Below are positions 1 through 9,586 of a DNA stretch of 36,381 nucleotides, in pieces (within the stretch, counting starts at the first letter, position 1; each line of letters opens with the position of its first letter). The position numbers were made by a program, and so were the translations under genes. The stretch is taken from contig JBHIFL010000043.1 in assembly GCA_046761065.1 (NCBI GenBank), positions 1 through 36,381 on the forward strand, written 5' to 3'. Source of the stretch: Candidatus Heimdallarchaeota archaeon (GTDB lineage: Archaea; Asgardarchaeota; Wukongarchaeia; Wukongarchaeales; JBHIFL01). The notes beneath the pieces are model-generated. The model was not told where the DNA came from. It ran no database searches and saw only the letters and a list, made by a program, of their open reading frames with translations.

Positions 1-30
1 ATGTCATACCGCGGCTATGAGACCCTCACT
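1..30 (-). rRNA. Possible 5' end of a 5S rRNA, truncated by the window edge
   Basis: Minus strand reads AGTGAGGGTCT-CATAGC-CGCGG-TATG-ACA-T, matching the archaeal 5S pattern CAUAGC-N5-N4-ACA. A TATA-like TTTATAAT lies upstream (plus 63-70). Only 30 nt are visible and a tRNA D-arm reading (TCAT/ATGA) cannot be excluded. Confidence 0.4.
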
Positions 31-154
31 CCCACAAGAAACTTTATACTCCCTAAAAATTAATTATAAATTAGAATCAATAAGCTCCGTATTGTTTTAT
101 TAAGCCCTTTTTGCTTGGGAACCTATAATGATGTGCATTTTTCCCAAAAAAATA

Positions 155-445
155 TCAGTCGTAGAAAAAGGCTTTCAGTTCAGGGTCGTCCTTGAGGGAA
201 TTCGTAACTTCTTTCCCTTTCACGGTAAGCACCCACCCACGCTCGGCCTTCTCGACCAGTCCTAAATCAACTAAGGACGTACTATACTTCCCGGTCCTAA
301 CGTGGGATCTAATTGTGTCCAGACCAACCCCAATTGTTTTTGCTAGTTTCTTGTAACCACAAGAGCTCTTTAAAAGTTCGATCAGAATACGCTTCTTTGT
401 CCTCCCGAGCCGTTCTAAAAGCTTTGATAGTTCCTCACTATCCAT
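155..445 (-). CDS. Small winged helix-turn-helix protein
   Basis: 96 aa; HTH-like segment (YKKLAKTIGVGLDTIRSHV) followed by a wing motif (LGLVEK..GWVLTVKG). Confidence 0.65.
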   Translation of the reverse strand: MDSEELSKLLERLGRTKKRILIELLKSSCGYKKLAKTIGVGLDTIRSHVRTGKYSTSLVDLGLVEKAERGWVLTVKGKEVTNSLKDDPELKAFFYD

Positions 446-593
446 TTCCGGTTGAAACCCCTTTTTCCTACAATAAAATATTAGATTTTCATTAATGATT
501 TTTTACCCGTATTGGCAATTATATTTTAACAACCTAATGCCTTAGAGAGAAATTGTATATTAGTAAAGTATAGACATTTTTTTGCTGGATGCG

Positions 594-893
594 TTATCTA
601 ACAAGTTCAACGCGTCTCGTCCTTGGATAGACTCTTGTCTGCTGCTTTTTACATTCCTGACACATAAGGCGAAGATCTGTCTTCTTTGACGTTTTAACGA
701 TCATCTTCCATTGAGAGAGGGGACGTTTGCTATATCTCCCACGGTTTCCATGACCACTTCGAAGACGTTCCGCCCGCCGCGTTCCTGCACTTAATCCTCT
801 TCCTCTCCGACCTCCTCGTTCGATCTTTACATCATGCACTGTATGTTTCCGGCAGGTTCGACAATAAGTACGTAACTGCCTCGGCAATTTCAC
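594..893 (-). CDS. rpl44e: 50S ribosomal protein L44e (eL42)
   Basis: MKLPRQLRTYCRTCRKHTVH N-terminus, KTSKKTDLRLMCQECKK zinc-finger half, very basic; GTG start. Confidence 0.95.
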   Translation of the reverse strand: MKLPRQLRTYCRTCRKHTVHDVKIERGGRRGRGLSAGTRRAERLRSGHGNRGRYSKRPLSQWKMIVKTSKKTDLRLMCQECKKQQTRVYPRTRRVELVR

Positions 894-1081
894 AACAAGT
901 CACACCACAAGAGTGCATAATTGAAAAACCTAAAAAGATTTCCCAAACGGAAGGATCCCCCCTTGAACCCTTATAGCGATTCCTATAAACAAGCTTCCCT
1001 ACACTTGAAGAGCCTTGGACACGGAACAAAGCAAAAATATAAACCCTTTAAGAGTGAATATCTTTTATAGGAGAACTAACC

Positions 1082-1837
1082 ATGGAATGGAAAGACAATG
1101 GTACATTGATTAAGGAAATTAATGAAATCCCGCTAAAAGATGGTGTTTTGGTCCAGGGTTTACCAGGTATGGGGTTTGTTGGCCATCTGGCAGTGAACTT
1201 TCTGATTGACGAGTTAAAAGCAAAAGAGGTTGCTCGAATTTACTCCAGTTATTTTCCTCCAATTGTACGATTAGCTGAGGACGGAATTGGACGTTTAACG
1301 CGAGCTGAATTGTATGCAGCGCTTACAGAGCCGAATCTCCTTCTTTTCACTGGAGATACACAACCTATCGACCTTGGCATCATCCAAACAATGAATTCCA
1401 TCTTAGATTATGCAGAAAAACTGGGATGTACCACAGTAATCGCGTTAGGCGGGTTACGTAGTCCAGAAGGGCCAGATGTGGCTGCATTCGCCTATACAGA
1501 AGAAACTAAGATGTATTTACAACAGAAAAAACTTGAAATCTTAACAGGGGGAGAAGTTACGGGTGCTGTTGGGGTTCTCACGGCAGTAGCTGCGGAACGG
1601 GGACTCACAGCTTATGGCCTTCTTGGTAAAATTAGCTTAACTGGACCTGATCCAGTAGCAGCCAAGAACGTGCTCAAAGTGATTCAGAACACTCTCGGTT
1701 TCCAACTACATTTGGATATCGCCAAACTTGATGAAAAAATTGAGAAGGCTCTAGAACGCGAAGAGATGACTAAAAAAATATTTAGCTTAATGAAGAAAAA
1801 GCAACAAGAGGAATCTTCCGAACGTTGGTACATATAA
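1082..1837 (+). CDS. PAC2-family proteasome assembly chaperone-like protein
   Basis: GLPGMGFVGHLA, YSSYFPP, TGDTQP, ALGG and PDPVAA motifs typical of archaeal PAC2; AGGAG RBS upstream. Confidence 0.9.
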   Translation: MEWKDNGTLIKEINEIPLKDGVLVQGLPGMGFVGHLAVNFLIDELKAKEVARIYSSYFPPIVRLAEDGIGRLTRAELYAALTEPNLLLFTGDTQPIDLGIIQTMNSILDYAEKLGCTTVIALGGLRSPEGPDVAAFAYTEETKMYLQQKKLEILTGGEVTGAVGVLTAVAAERGLTAYGLLGKISLTGPDPVAAKNVLKVIQNTLGFQLHLDIAKLDEKIEKALEREEMTKKIFSLMKKKQQEESSERWYI

Positions 1838-2060
1838 TAAAAGACGCCGCTCGTCCTACAACTGATTTCTTCGGAAGCCACTCAAATTTGTGAAATACAT
1901 ATCATTTATTCCTTGTGTAATCCTCTCAAAACCCCTTTTGAGTTGAATTATAAAATTGAAGGGTTATTTCGGAGATATTCCTCTTTTATTATGTGTTTCC
2001 AGTCTTCCATGTAATTATATGCGAACAACATTTAAGACGAACTCAGGAAGATATGCATTT

Positions 2061-3200
2061 TCAATTCCTGACATGCCAGAGGCTCGATTTATCAATATTT
2101 CTCAAACGTGTAGGAAGAAAGTGCTTGTTTCCTATATTTACATACTTCAAATATTTTCTAGCAACTTGATAACAGCGTTCGACCTGGTCTGGTGGTGTAA
2201 TGGGTAAATCTGTCATATAATGGGCCGGATGAAAAATTAAAAGACTGTATGGTATTTCTGAATTAAGTTCAGCAATGAATTGCGCAATTCTCTCAACTTC
2301 TTTTTCATCTGTGTAGCCAGGAGTTAGTAAAGTTACAGCAGTTAATACTGGATTTTTTGGCCTTTGCTCATAAAATTCATTGGTAATCATTGCAAAGTTC
2401 TCATAGGCCCTCTGGTTGGAGACTCCACTCAAGGCTCGAGCAAGAGTCGGGTTCAGCGCTTTAAGATCAAATTTTACGTTTCCATTACTTCTTAACGATA
2501 ATTCAGCTGCTTCTCTCATCAATTTTGGGTTACCAATACCATTGGTCTCCCAGCAGATCCGCATAATCCGGTTAGAGGCACACTGTTCTAAAATGTATTT
2601 CGAAGCTTTGAGCGCAAAAGGCAATTGGGGGGAAATGTCCCCCCCAAAATAACAGATGCAAGAAACCCGAGGATTCAACGCTTTCTCTACGAAGCGCTCC
2701 AGTGTCATGGAAGGGGCGTCCTCCACTTTTTTATGGGACTCATTTTGGCAGAAGAGGCAATTGAACCCACAACCATAAAAGAAAACTGCGTAATTCACAG
2801 ATCCATGTGCTTTGGAACCAGGGCAAAACCAAGCTGCGCAGCAATTCGTTGGTAAGGGATCGTAATAGGTATGAACGAGTGCCATTCGAGACGAAATATA
2901 GGACTTGAGGTGTCCCTTTTCTTCCCATCTCAACCCGCAATAACTCCGTTCTCCATGGGTCATTTGACATTCATTAGCACATATTTTGCAGATCACACCA
3001 GACGTTGAGCTGGGAGGTTGCGTTGGGAGGCCATATGCTTCTCGCGTACGTCGATGGGCTGCCTCTATCAGCGGACTCGCTTGATCAGGTTTGTCTCGAA
3101 TACAATTACTGCAGACTTTCAAGGTACGTGAGATTGTGATCGCTTCCTTTCCGCATACCTTACACTTTTCCTTTGTGGGACGTGATATCCGTATAAACAT
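2061..3200 (-). CDS. Radical SAM protein, PFL-activating-enzyme-like
   Basis: CGFNCLFCQN radical SAM motif, extra N-terminal Cys clusters (CKVCG, CSNC, CKICANEC, TNCCAAWFC), FGGD, WETNG, KFDLKA. Start placed at ATG 3200; the ORF is open to 3248. Confidence 0.85.
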   Translation of the reverse strand: MFIRISRPTKEKCKVCGKEAITISRTLKVCSNCIRDKPDQASPLIEAAHRRTREAYGLPTQPPSSTSGVICKICANECQMTHGERSYCGLRWEEKGHLKSYISSRMALVHTYYDPLPTNCCAAWFCPGSKAHGSVNYAVFFYGCGFNCLFCQNESHKKVEDAPSMTLERFVEKALNPRVSCICYFGGDISPQLPFALKASKYILEQCASNRIMRICWETNGIGNPKLMREAAELSLRSNGNVKFDLKALNPTLARALSGVSNQRAYENFAMITNEFYEQRPKNPVLTAVTLLTPGYTDEKEVERIAQFIAELNSEIPYSLLIFHPAHYMTDLPITPPDQVERCYQVARKYLKYVNIGNKHFLPTRLRNIDKSSLWHVRN

Positions 3201-3395
3201 GGTCTCTTTCTCATTTGTATTCGGAATGTTCCTATTTAAGGTCATCATTATGAGAAGCTTTATGGGATTATCTTGCCTGTAGAATAATCAGGACAAAAAA
3301 AATCTTAAATTTCATGTAATCATAAATTGATGAGTATCAGAGGAGATACCAATTAAATAGTGTACGGCTCATGCAGTTAAAAGATTTGTATTCTA

Positions 3396-4247
3396 TTAAT
3401 CATTTGAGTTCTGTGAGGGGTAAAGGTATCTTCGATCAACCCAAGAACCCATCAGATAACCAAATAATCCGTATGCGGGGACAAGCACTAGGAGCGCTGT
3501 TAGAACAGCAATAACCGCACCCGTTGTGCCAGTAATTTCTATCTTTTCAATCCAATTTATTAAGGTTTCGACATTTATAACTGCAAGAATAATCGTTCCA
3601 ACGAATACGCCCCCACCCGCAGCTATTAACCCGTTTCGCCCATTCCCCGCGACCCATCCAGCTATTCCACCTGGGAGGATGAGGAGGGTGATAGCCATAC
3701 TCAAACCTGCTATCTCGCGATGAGTTGCCCCAACTTTCCCCCAAAGCCAAAGATTAAACTCAAGTCCTAGGAAAAAGAGGATTAATCCCACAATCCACCC
3801 TAAAGTGAGTGTTGGCTTATTTCGTTCCTGAAGAATCGCAGGTTTCCGAAGACGGGATTCCATCACTTGCTCGATATCATTCTTGAACCCCTCAAATTCT
3901 TTTTGGACTCGTTTCTCAAGAACCTGTTTGACATCCGCTTCATACTTCGTCATGAATTGCTCAAGGAGTTGGTCCAGCAGCTCTGCAACGAGGCCAGCAT
4001 TATCATTATTATCAGAAATGATTGCTCCAAAGAGCTTACCTATGTCTTCAATCTCTTTGAACCCAAAAACGAGCTGATTGTCTTGCATTTGGAGCGTTTG
4101 GAGGCTGTCAAGAAAGGCTTCGCGTGTCAGATCGCGGACAGCTACCAAGAATCCTGAAATCAATTGCTCATCGACAATTGGTCCTCCGGCTTCATAGGAG
4201 AAGATAGCAATCCCTCCTTCTTCCATAATGAGCACCGACTTTATCAT
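3396..4247 (-). CDS. Longin-like domain fused to a roughly 4-TM membrane domain
   Basis: N-terminus MIKSVLIMEEGGIAIFSY...DEQLISGFLVAV resembles Asgard longin-like domains; the C-terminal half has four Gly-rich hydrophobic helices; GGAGG RBS upstream. Confidence 0.65.
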   Translation of the reverse strand: MIKSVLIMEEGGIAIFSYEAGGPIVDEQLISGFLVAVRDLTREAFLDSLQTLQMQDNQLVFGFKEIEDIGKLFGAIISDNNDNAGLVAELLDQLLEQFMTKYEADVKQVLEKRVQKEFEGFKNDIEQVMESRLRKPAILQERNKPTLTLGWIVGLILFFLGLEFNLWLWGKVGATHREIAGLSMAITLLILPGGIAGWVAGNGRNGLIAAGGGVFVGTIILAVINVETLINWIEKIEITGTTGAVIAVLTALLVLVPAYGLFGYLMGSWVDRRYLYPSQNSND

Positions 4248-4705
4248 ACTTCTTACTCCTCCTAACGATTACTGGATGGTGGTTTCTCATTCAAAATTGC
4301 TTTTAAGATTACTTTAATAGATATTTCTTTTTATCCTTGTTTTTACACTTAGGCTATTTATTCGTTTCATATACTTATATGTATTAAATAGAAATCCATT
4401 TCGTTAAACTTAGAATTTCAAATTGGTTTTGTTTTCTAAACGAACAGTAAATGGCTATCCATTCCCCTTCATAAATCCTACAAGTTTCTAATAAGGAAAT
4501 AACTCCCAAAGACTTGACTATAAAGCATAACTAAATATATCGACTCTATCTCATATTCTATAAAGGCAGGACAAAATACAGTCATGGTTCAGGTTTGTTT
4601 CGCTTTGAAACGCAATACATTTCATAGTTGCATTCCCAGAAAAATTTTTTTCATAGGAATTTCAAAGAACAATCGCTTCTTTACAATATTATGGAAGGTC
4701 CAAAG

Positions 4706-5395
4706 ATGGCAGATCTGATTCTCCAATTGATCAGTTTTTTCTTCCCTTTAATGATTTTTGGCCTATTAATCCTTGGAGTCTATCTCCATGGAAGAAGAAT
4801 AAATCGAACCATTAAAAATGCCGTTCTTCCAAGATTGAAGCAATCCCTCAAACGTTATGTTGACGCATCAATTAAAGAAAACAAATTAAGTGCATCCCAA
4901 TGGGTGCTTGAAACGCAACCAAAACCACCCACAACTCTGAAACAGCTCGATGTTACAATCCAATTAACTCAGAGGCAGATGTTTTTCGCCCTTTTATCAA
5001 ACAAACTTATGGGAAACCAAGACTTTATAATATTTGAAGGGACTCTAAAAAAGCAAACTGCAGGGCTTATAGTTGAAATCATTCCAAACCGTGAAAAGAA
5101 AATCATTGAACGGAATTATGATTATTTAATTGGACTCAAAGATGTAAATCTGGGAATTAGTAAGCGACTAGACACTGCCTTTCTCCAGAAAAGTGATAAT
5201 ATTAAACTTGCGCGTAAGATTCTTAGTGTGCGTGAAATATTAGCACGCCTTTTAAAATCCGAAGAATACCTCCTTTGGCTAACCATTAGTAAGGATCCAC
5301 CACATTTGAGAGCAATTTACAGAATAAATGATGCCTTCGATGTAGACAATGCCAGTAAATTGACAATGGAACTCGCAGCAAGAATAGACTTTTAA
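4706..5395 (+). CDS. CCDC47/DUF1682-like single-pass membrane protein (PAT complex subunit-like)
   Basis: N-terminal TM helix, then GRRIN..., IQLTQRQMFFALL...NQDFIIFEGTL, FLQKSDN and LLWLTISKDP, collinear by eye with the CCDC47 cytosolic domain. Start placed at ATG 4706 (GGAAGG upstream; ATG 4691 is an alternative). Confidence 0.6.
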   Translation: MADLILQLISFFFPLMIFGLLILGVYLHGRRINRTIKNAVLPRLKQSLKRYVDASIKENKLSASQWVLETQPKPPTTLKQLDVTIQLTQRQMFFALLSNKLMGNQDFIIFEGTLKKQTAGLIVEIIPNREKKIIERNYDYLIGLKDVNLGISKRLDTAFLQKSDNIKLARKILSVREILARLLKSEEYLLWLTISKDPPHLRAIYRINDAFDVDNASKLTMELAARIDF

Positions 5396-5644
5396 CATAT
5401 ATGATCCAAACAGTTTAAGCTAGTTTAAACCAGCCTTTTACTTTCTTGAGGACCCAGATCGTAGTTAAACTAAATGAAAATGAATGTATATTTTCACCAA
5501 ATAGATCATAAAGTTCCTAAAGAAAATTGAAAAAGTTGAAAATAAAAGATTATAATATATTCTTCAGATTAACTTTTCTGATAGGGTTTTTAATTAATGA
5601 ATGGGATAGTTTGTTGTGAACATCACAAATGAGGAGGTCAAAAG

Positions 5645-6235
5645 TTGGAAGAGTATATTTTGGCACCACGAACAAATATTCTCTGGAATGCTGTCCTAAC
5701 TGTTGTTGCAATCATAGGTCTAACAGAATTGTTACGAATCCTTCCGTGGGATATCCCTGAGCTCATAGGATTTGCATTCATGGATGTAATTGATCTTGCT
5801 AGAGCTAACTTTATGATACTTGATATTACTAACCGTGTAATCAATTTAGCCACCATTGTTTTATTGGCTTTTTGGACACTTGCTGGATTAGCCGCTGGTG
5901 CACGTAGTAGGCACGCCGCTCGGGGTGTTATATCAGGGCTCCTTGGGGGGATCTTATTAGTCCTAATTGTCGTAATTGGAGGAATAATACTCGAAGATCA
6001 GAGCATAAATACTGCACTGCCTCCTATTGTAGGTATAATCATAGGCTTAGGAACTACGACAATCGTTGGAGGGATTGGAGGAGCACTCACATCTTCCACT
6101 GTTAAGATGGAAATGAAGCGAAAAACCACTAAAATATGGACTAAAGACGAGAAATGGGTTTGTCCTAACTGTGGGGCTGAAATTCCTCCAGGGGCTTTTA
6201 TCTGTCCATCATGTGGCATTGACGTAATCGAATGA
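5645..6235 (+). CDS. Gly-rich 4-TM membrane protein with a C-terminal zinc ribbon
   Basis: Four hydrophobic GxxxG-rich helices; CPNCG...CPSCG at the C-terminus; GAGGAGG RBS before a TTG start. Confidence 0.75.
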   Translation: MEEYILAPRTNILWNAVLTVVAIIGLTELLRILPWDIPELIGFAFMDVIDLARANFMILDITNRVINLATIVLLAFWTLAGLAAGARSRHAARGVISGLLGGILLVLIVVIGGIILEDQSINTALPPIVGIIIGLGTTTIVGGIGGALTSSTVKMEMKRKTTKIWTKDEKWVCPNCGAEIPPGAFICPSCGIDVIE

Positions 6236-6378
6236 ACTTAAGATTTAGGTTAATAAAAATGAAGCTGTGTTGTGTTTTTGTTAAAGATGTTCCACAACCT
6301 TTGAAAATTGTTCTACCATATAAGTAAAGCACTACATTGTACATTAAATTTCGCAGTAAGATTGGAACAGCCGTTCTT

Positions 6379-6978
6379 TCATAAGAGCTGTTTCTTCTCT
6401 AGCAGATCCGCAATTTCACGTTGCTCTGTCAATTCCTCATAGACTATATTTATTGTCTCCTCTGTTTGTAAGACTAGATCTTGAATAGTCCTAAACGCTT
6501 TGACAAGAGCTTCTCTTGCAGATTTCACAAGTTCAGATTCTTTTGCTTCCTTTAAACTTTCCTTTGCTTTATTAATAACCTTTATGTAATTCTTGACTGC
6601 CATAAACAGAAGATCGAGTTGTTTTGCTTCCTTTCGGACCTGTTCGATTGCCGTTCCAGGAGCCAAGGGTTTTACTAGGTCATTACCCATTATATCTATT
6701 AGGATTCGTTCTACTTCGAAAAAGGCGTCTTTCATCGTATCGCTTTTTTTTTGTATGGCTTCTACAAGTGAGATCCTTTGTTTAGATAGTTTAAGTCTAG
6801 TTTCTCTAGTATATGCTCCCTCTTTGAGGGAATATGATTCATTTATTAGAGTTTTCACAAGTTTAACTAGTGATGGGAACTCATCTAGGTATTTCCCTCT
6901 TTCTACTTTAAGTTGGTTCCACCAACGAGCAACATCTGTCGCTAGAGATTTAGATCTTCTGTAGTTCGAGGGGGTCAT
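6379..6978 (-). CDS. Hypothetical all-helical/coiled-coil protein
   Basis: 199 aa, rich in K/E/L/A with heptad-like patterns; GGAGG RBS upstream; no family recognised. Confidence 0.65.
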   Translation of the reverse strand: MTPSNYRRSKSLATDVARWWNQLKVERGKYLDEFPSLVKLVKTLINESYSLKEGAYTRETRLKLSKQRISLVEAIQKKSDTMKDAFFEVERILIDIMGNDLVKPLAPGTAIEQVRKEAKQLDLLFMAVKNYIKVINKAKESLKEAKESELVKSAREALVKAFRTIQDLVLQTEETINIVYEELTEQREIADLLEKKQLL

Positions 6979-7173
6979 TAGATACGCCTCCTATTAAAAG
7001 AAATCCCTTTTGAGTAAACTCAGCAACCATCTAGTAAGATGGGAAATAGTTAGGATCTCGTCTTTTAGAAAGATTACTTTAGACTATCTTAAACGGCTTA
7101 ATTGCTTGATTCTTTTGGCAATAAATATAGGTTAGCTGCAAATAAATATTGTGCAGAGCCCAAGAGCCTAAAC

Positions 7174-8106
7174 CTATTCTGAAATGGCTACCCTTTCCAT
7201 AAGACGTTGCCATCGCCGATCTACAAATTTCTGAATGGCTATAATTGCTTCTTCGTTGCGTTCGGGTCGGAATAAATGCCGGAATCTACCCTGCAGTTTT
7301 AAGAATTCCTCCACTGGTTTGGGTTTGGGAACTTTTTTGTTCAGAATATATTTACCCTCAATTACCTCATATAATGGCGTAATACGAGTTTGCACAGCTA
7401 AGCGTGCAATCGAAATTGCTAAGTCACTTTCGTGTCTCCAACCACGGGGACAGGGGGCTAACACATACATAAATGCAGGTCCATTCACAGCTAAGCCCTT
7501 TCGTACTTTATCTATGAGGTCGCCAGGATAGGCAATACTCCCTGTGGCCACATAAGGGATGTTATGAGCTGCAACTATCTCAACAAGATCTTTGGGGAAT
7601 TCACTTTTACCAATGCTTACGTTTCCATTAGGGCTTGTAGTCGTCCAAGACCCATACATCGTAGCTCCTGAACGCTGAATTCCGGTGTTCATATATGCGT
7701 TATTATCATAGCAGATGTATAGAAAGTCGTGTCCCCTTTCAATTGCACCGGAAAGAGCTTGGATGCCAATGTCGAAGGTCCCTCCATCTCCACCAAACGC
7801 AAGCACATCAATTTGTTCTTTTGGGATTTTCCCTTTTCTCATCATAGCTTTTAGTCCGGCTGTAATACCACTAGCGTTTGCAGCTGCGTTCTCAAATGCC
7901 GTATGGAGCCAAGGAACGTTCCAAGCGGTATAGGGATATATTGTGGAAGCGACTTCTAAGCAGCCGGTTGCATTTGTGATGATACACTTATTTTCAACAG
8001 CTCGAAGGACAAGACGTGCTAGGGTTCCAGCTCCACATCCCGCACACAATCGATGTCCAGACATGAATCGATCTTCTAAACGTGCAATTTCTTTGATGCC
8101 TACCAT
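7174..8106 (-). CDS. porB: Pyruvate/2-oxoisovalerate:ferredoxin oxidoreductase beta subunit
   Basis: GHRLCAGC, ATGCLEV, TPP-binding GGDGGTFDIG, YDNNAYMNTGIQRS, PCPRGW. Confidence 0.93.
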   Translation of the reverse strand: MVGIKEIARLEDRFMSGHRLCAGCGAGTLARLVLRAVENKCIITNATGCLEVASTIYPYTAWNVPWLHTAFENAAANASGITAGLKAMMRKGKIPKEQIDVLAFGGDGGTFDIGIQALSGAIERGHDFLYICYDNNAYMNTGIQRSGATMYGSWTTTSPNGNVSIGKSEFPKDLVEIVAAHNIPYVATGSIAYPGDLIDKVRKGLAVNGPAFMYVLAPCPRGWRHESDLAISIARLAVQTRITPLYEVIEGKYILNKKVPKPKPVEEFLKLQGRFRHLFRPERNEEAIIAIQKFVDRRWQRLMERVAISE

Positions 8107-8110
8107 TCTA

Positions 8111-9286
8111 TCACTCTCTAAGTCCTATCCATTCAACTCTACTCGGTTCCTCAGATCCAATTACTTCAAATCCTTTCTCAAACAGATTGATAAACTCTTG
8201 AGGTGCTAAATCTCTCCCTCCAAGCCCTCCAACAAATCCTAACAGTGCGGGATGCGTTTTCATGTCATAAAGGAGCGCTTTGACATCTGTGTAGAGCGCG
8301 GAACCCAACCCCCCGTATGCAAGCGACCGTTCAAAGATAATGACAGATTTTGTTCCATCTAAAGCACGGAGGAGTTCCTCTCCAGGAAATGGGCGATAGG
8401 TTCGGACTTCGATGAGCCCAACTTTCTTGCCTTTTGCCCTAAGATTTTTGACCACATCCCGAGCCGTGCCAGCGAAAGCGCCCATAGTAATCATTGTTAC
8501 ATCAGCATCCTCCACTTCAAAAGTGTTAATTAATCCATAATATCGTCCAGTTTGCTCTCCAAATTCCTTTCCTACTTCGACAATTTTTCTTTTAGCCTTT
8601 TCCAAAGCTTTAACTTGTTGATATTTGCTCTCCATGTAGTAATCAGGTAAGACTAGCAAACCCACGGTAATAGGACGATCTGGGTTCAAGAAATATTCCC
8701 GTTCATAACAAGGCAAAAAATCTTGAATGAATTTTTCATCGAGTGTTTCTACACGTTCGAGCGCATGTGAGATGATAAATCCATCTTGACCAACCATAGC
8801 TGGGGTAAGGACTTCAGGATCTTCTGCGATCCGATAAGCTTGGATGATGTTGTCATAGGCGGCTTGAGCACTTGAAGAGAAGAATTCCATCCAGCCCGCA
8901 TCTCGACAAACCATCATATCAGTCAATTCAGCATGGATATTGATTGGGCCGCTGAGGGCACGATTCGCCACTCCCATGATAACGGGCGCCCGCGCATTTG
9001 CGGTGACATAGAGGATCTCATACATGAGTAGAATGCCTTGGCTTGCACTAGCCGTAAAAGTTCGGGCTCCAGTTAGAGAAGCTGCGAGAGTGCATGTTAA
9101 GGCGCTATGTTCAGACTCGACAGGCACAAATTCGCAATCTAACTTCCCATCCGCGACCAACTGACTCAAATGCTCTACAATTATAGTTTGAGGAGTAATC
9201 GGATATGCTGAGATCACATCCGGTTTGCACATAGCGGCAGCTTCTGCTATGGCTTCATCTCCTGTATAGCCTACGATTTTTCCCAT
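8111..9286 (-). CDS. porA: Pyruvate/2-oxoisovalerate:ferredoxin oxidoreductase alpha subunit
   Basis: AYPITPQT, VESEHSA, TASASQG, NRALSGPINIH, YRPFP, GLGGRD. Confidence 0.93.
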   Translation of the reverse strand: MGKIVGYTGDEAIAEAAAMCKPDVISAYPITPQTIIVEHLSQLVADGKLDCEFVPVESEHSALTCTLAASLTGARTFTASASQGILLMYEILYVTANARAPVIMGVANRALSGPINIHAELTDMMVCRDAGWMEFFSSSAQAAYDNIIQAYRIAEDPEVLTPAMVGQDGFIISHALERVETLDEKFIQDFLPCYEREYFLNPDRPITVGLLVLPDYYMESKYQQVKALEKAKRKIVEVGKEFGEQTGRYYGLINTFEVEDADVTMITMGAFAGTARDVVKNLRAKGKKVGLIEVRTYRPFPGEELLRALDGTKSVIIFERSLAYGGLGSALYTDVKALLYDMKTHPALLGFVGGLGGRDLAPQEFINLFEKGFEVIGSEEPSRVEWIGLRE

Positions 9287-9310
9287 TTGATTGTTCCTCC
9301 GTTTTTCACT

Positions 9311-9586
9311 TTATCTTAACATTTCTATGGCATCAACTGGGCATTCTTTTGCACAAATGCCACATCCTTTACAGAAATCTCCGTCTACATCCGGATTATC
9401 GCCTATAAGATGGATTGCTCCATCTGGACAAAATATAACACAACGATAACAGCGAGTACATTTTTCAAGATCAATCTCCGGATGGAAGGTCTTCCAGTCT
9501 CCTGTCTTGAATTCAAGGGAGCTACCCGGTTGAATAATCATTCCACCGATAGGCATTTCTTTCCAGTTCATTAATTTCTTACTCAC
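9311..9586 (-). CDS. porD: 2-oxoacid:ferredoxin oxidoreductase delta subunit (2x[4Fe-4S])
   Basis: KTGDWKTFHP, CTRCYRCVIFCPD, CKGCGICAKECP; overlaps the gamma subunit stop codon. Confidence 0.93.
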   Translation of the reverse strand: MSKKLMNWKEMPIGGMIIQPGSSLEFKTGDWKTFHPEIDLEKCTRCYRCVIFCPDGAIHLIGDNPDVDGDFCKGCGICAKECPVDAIEMLR

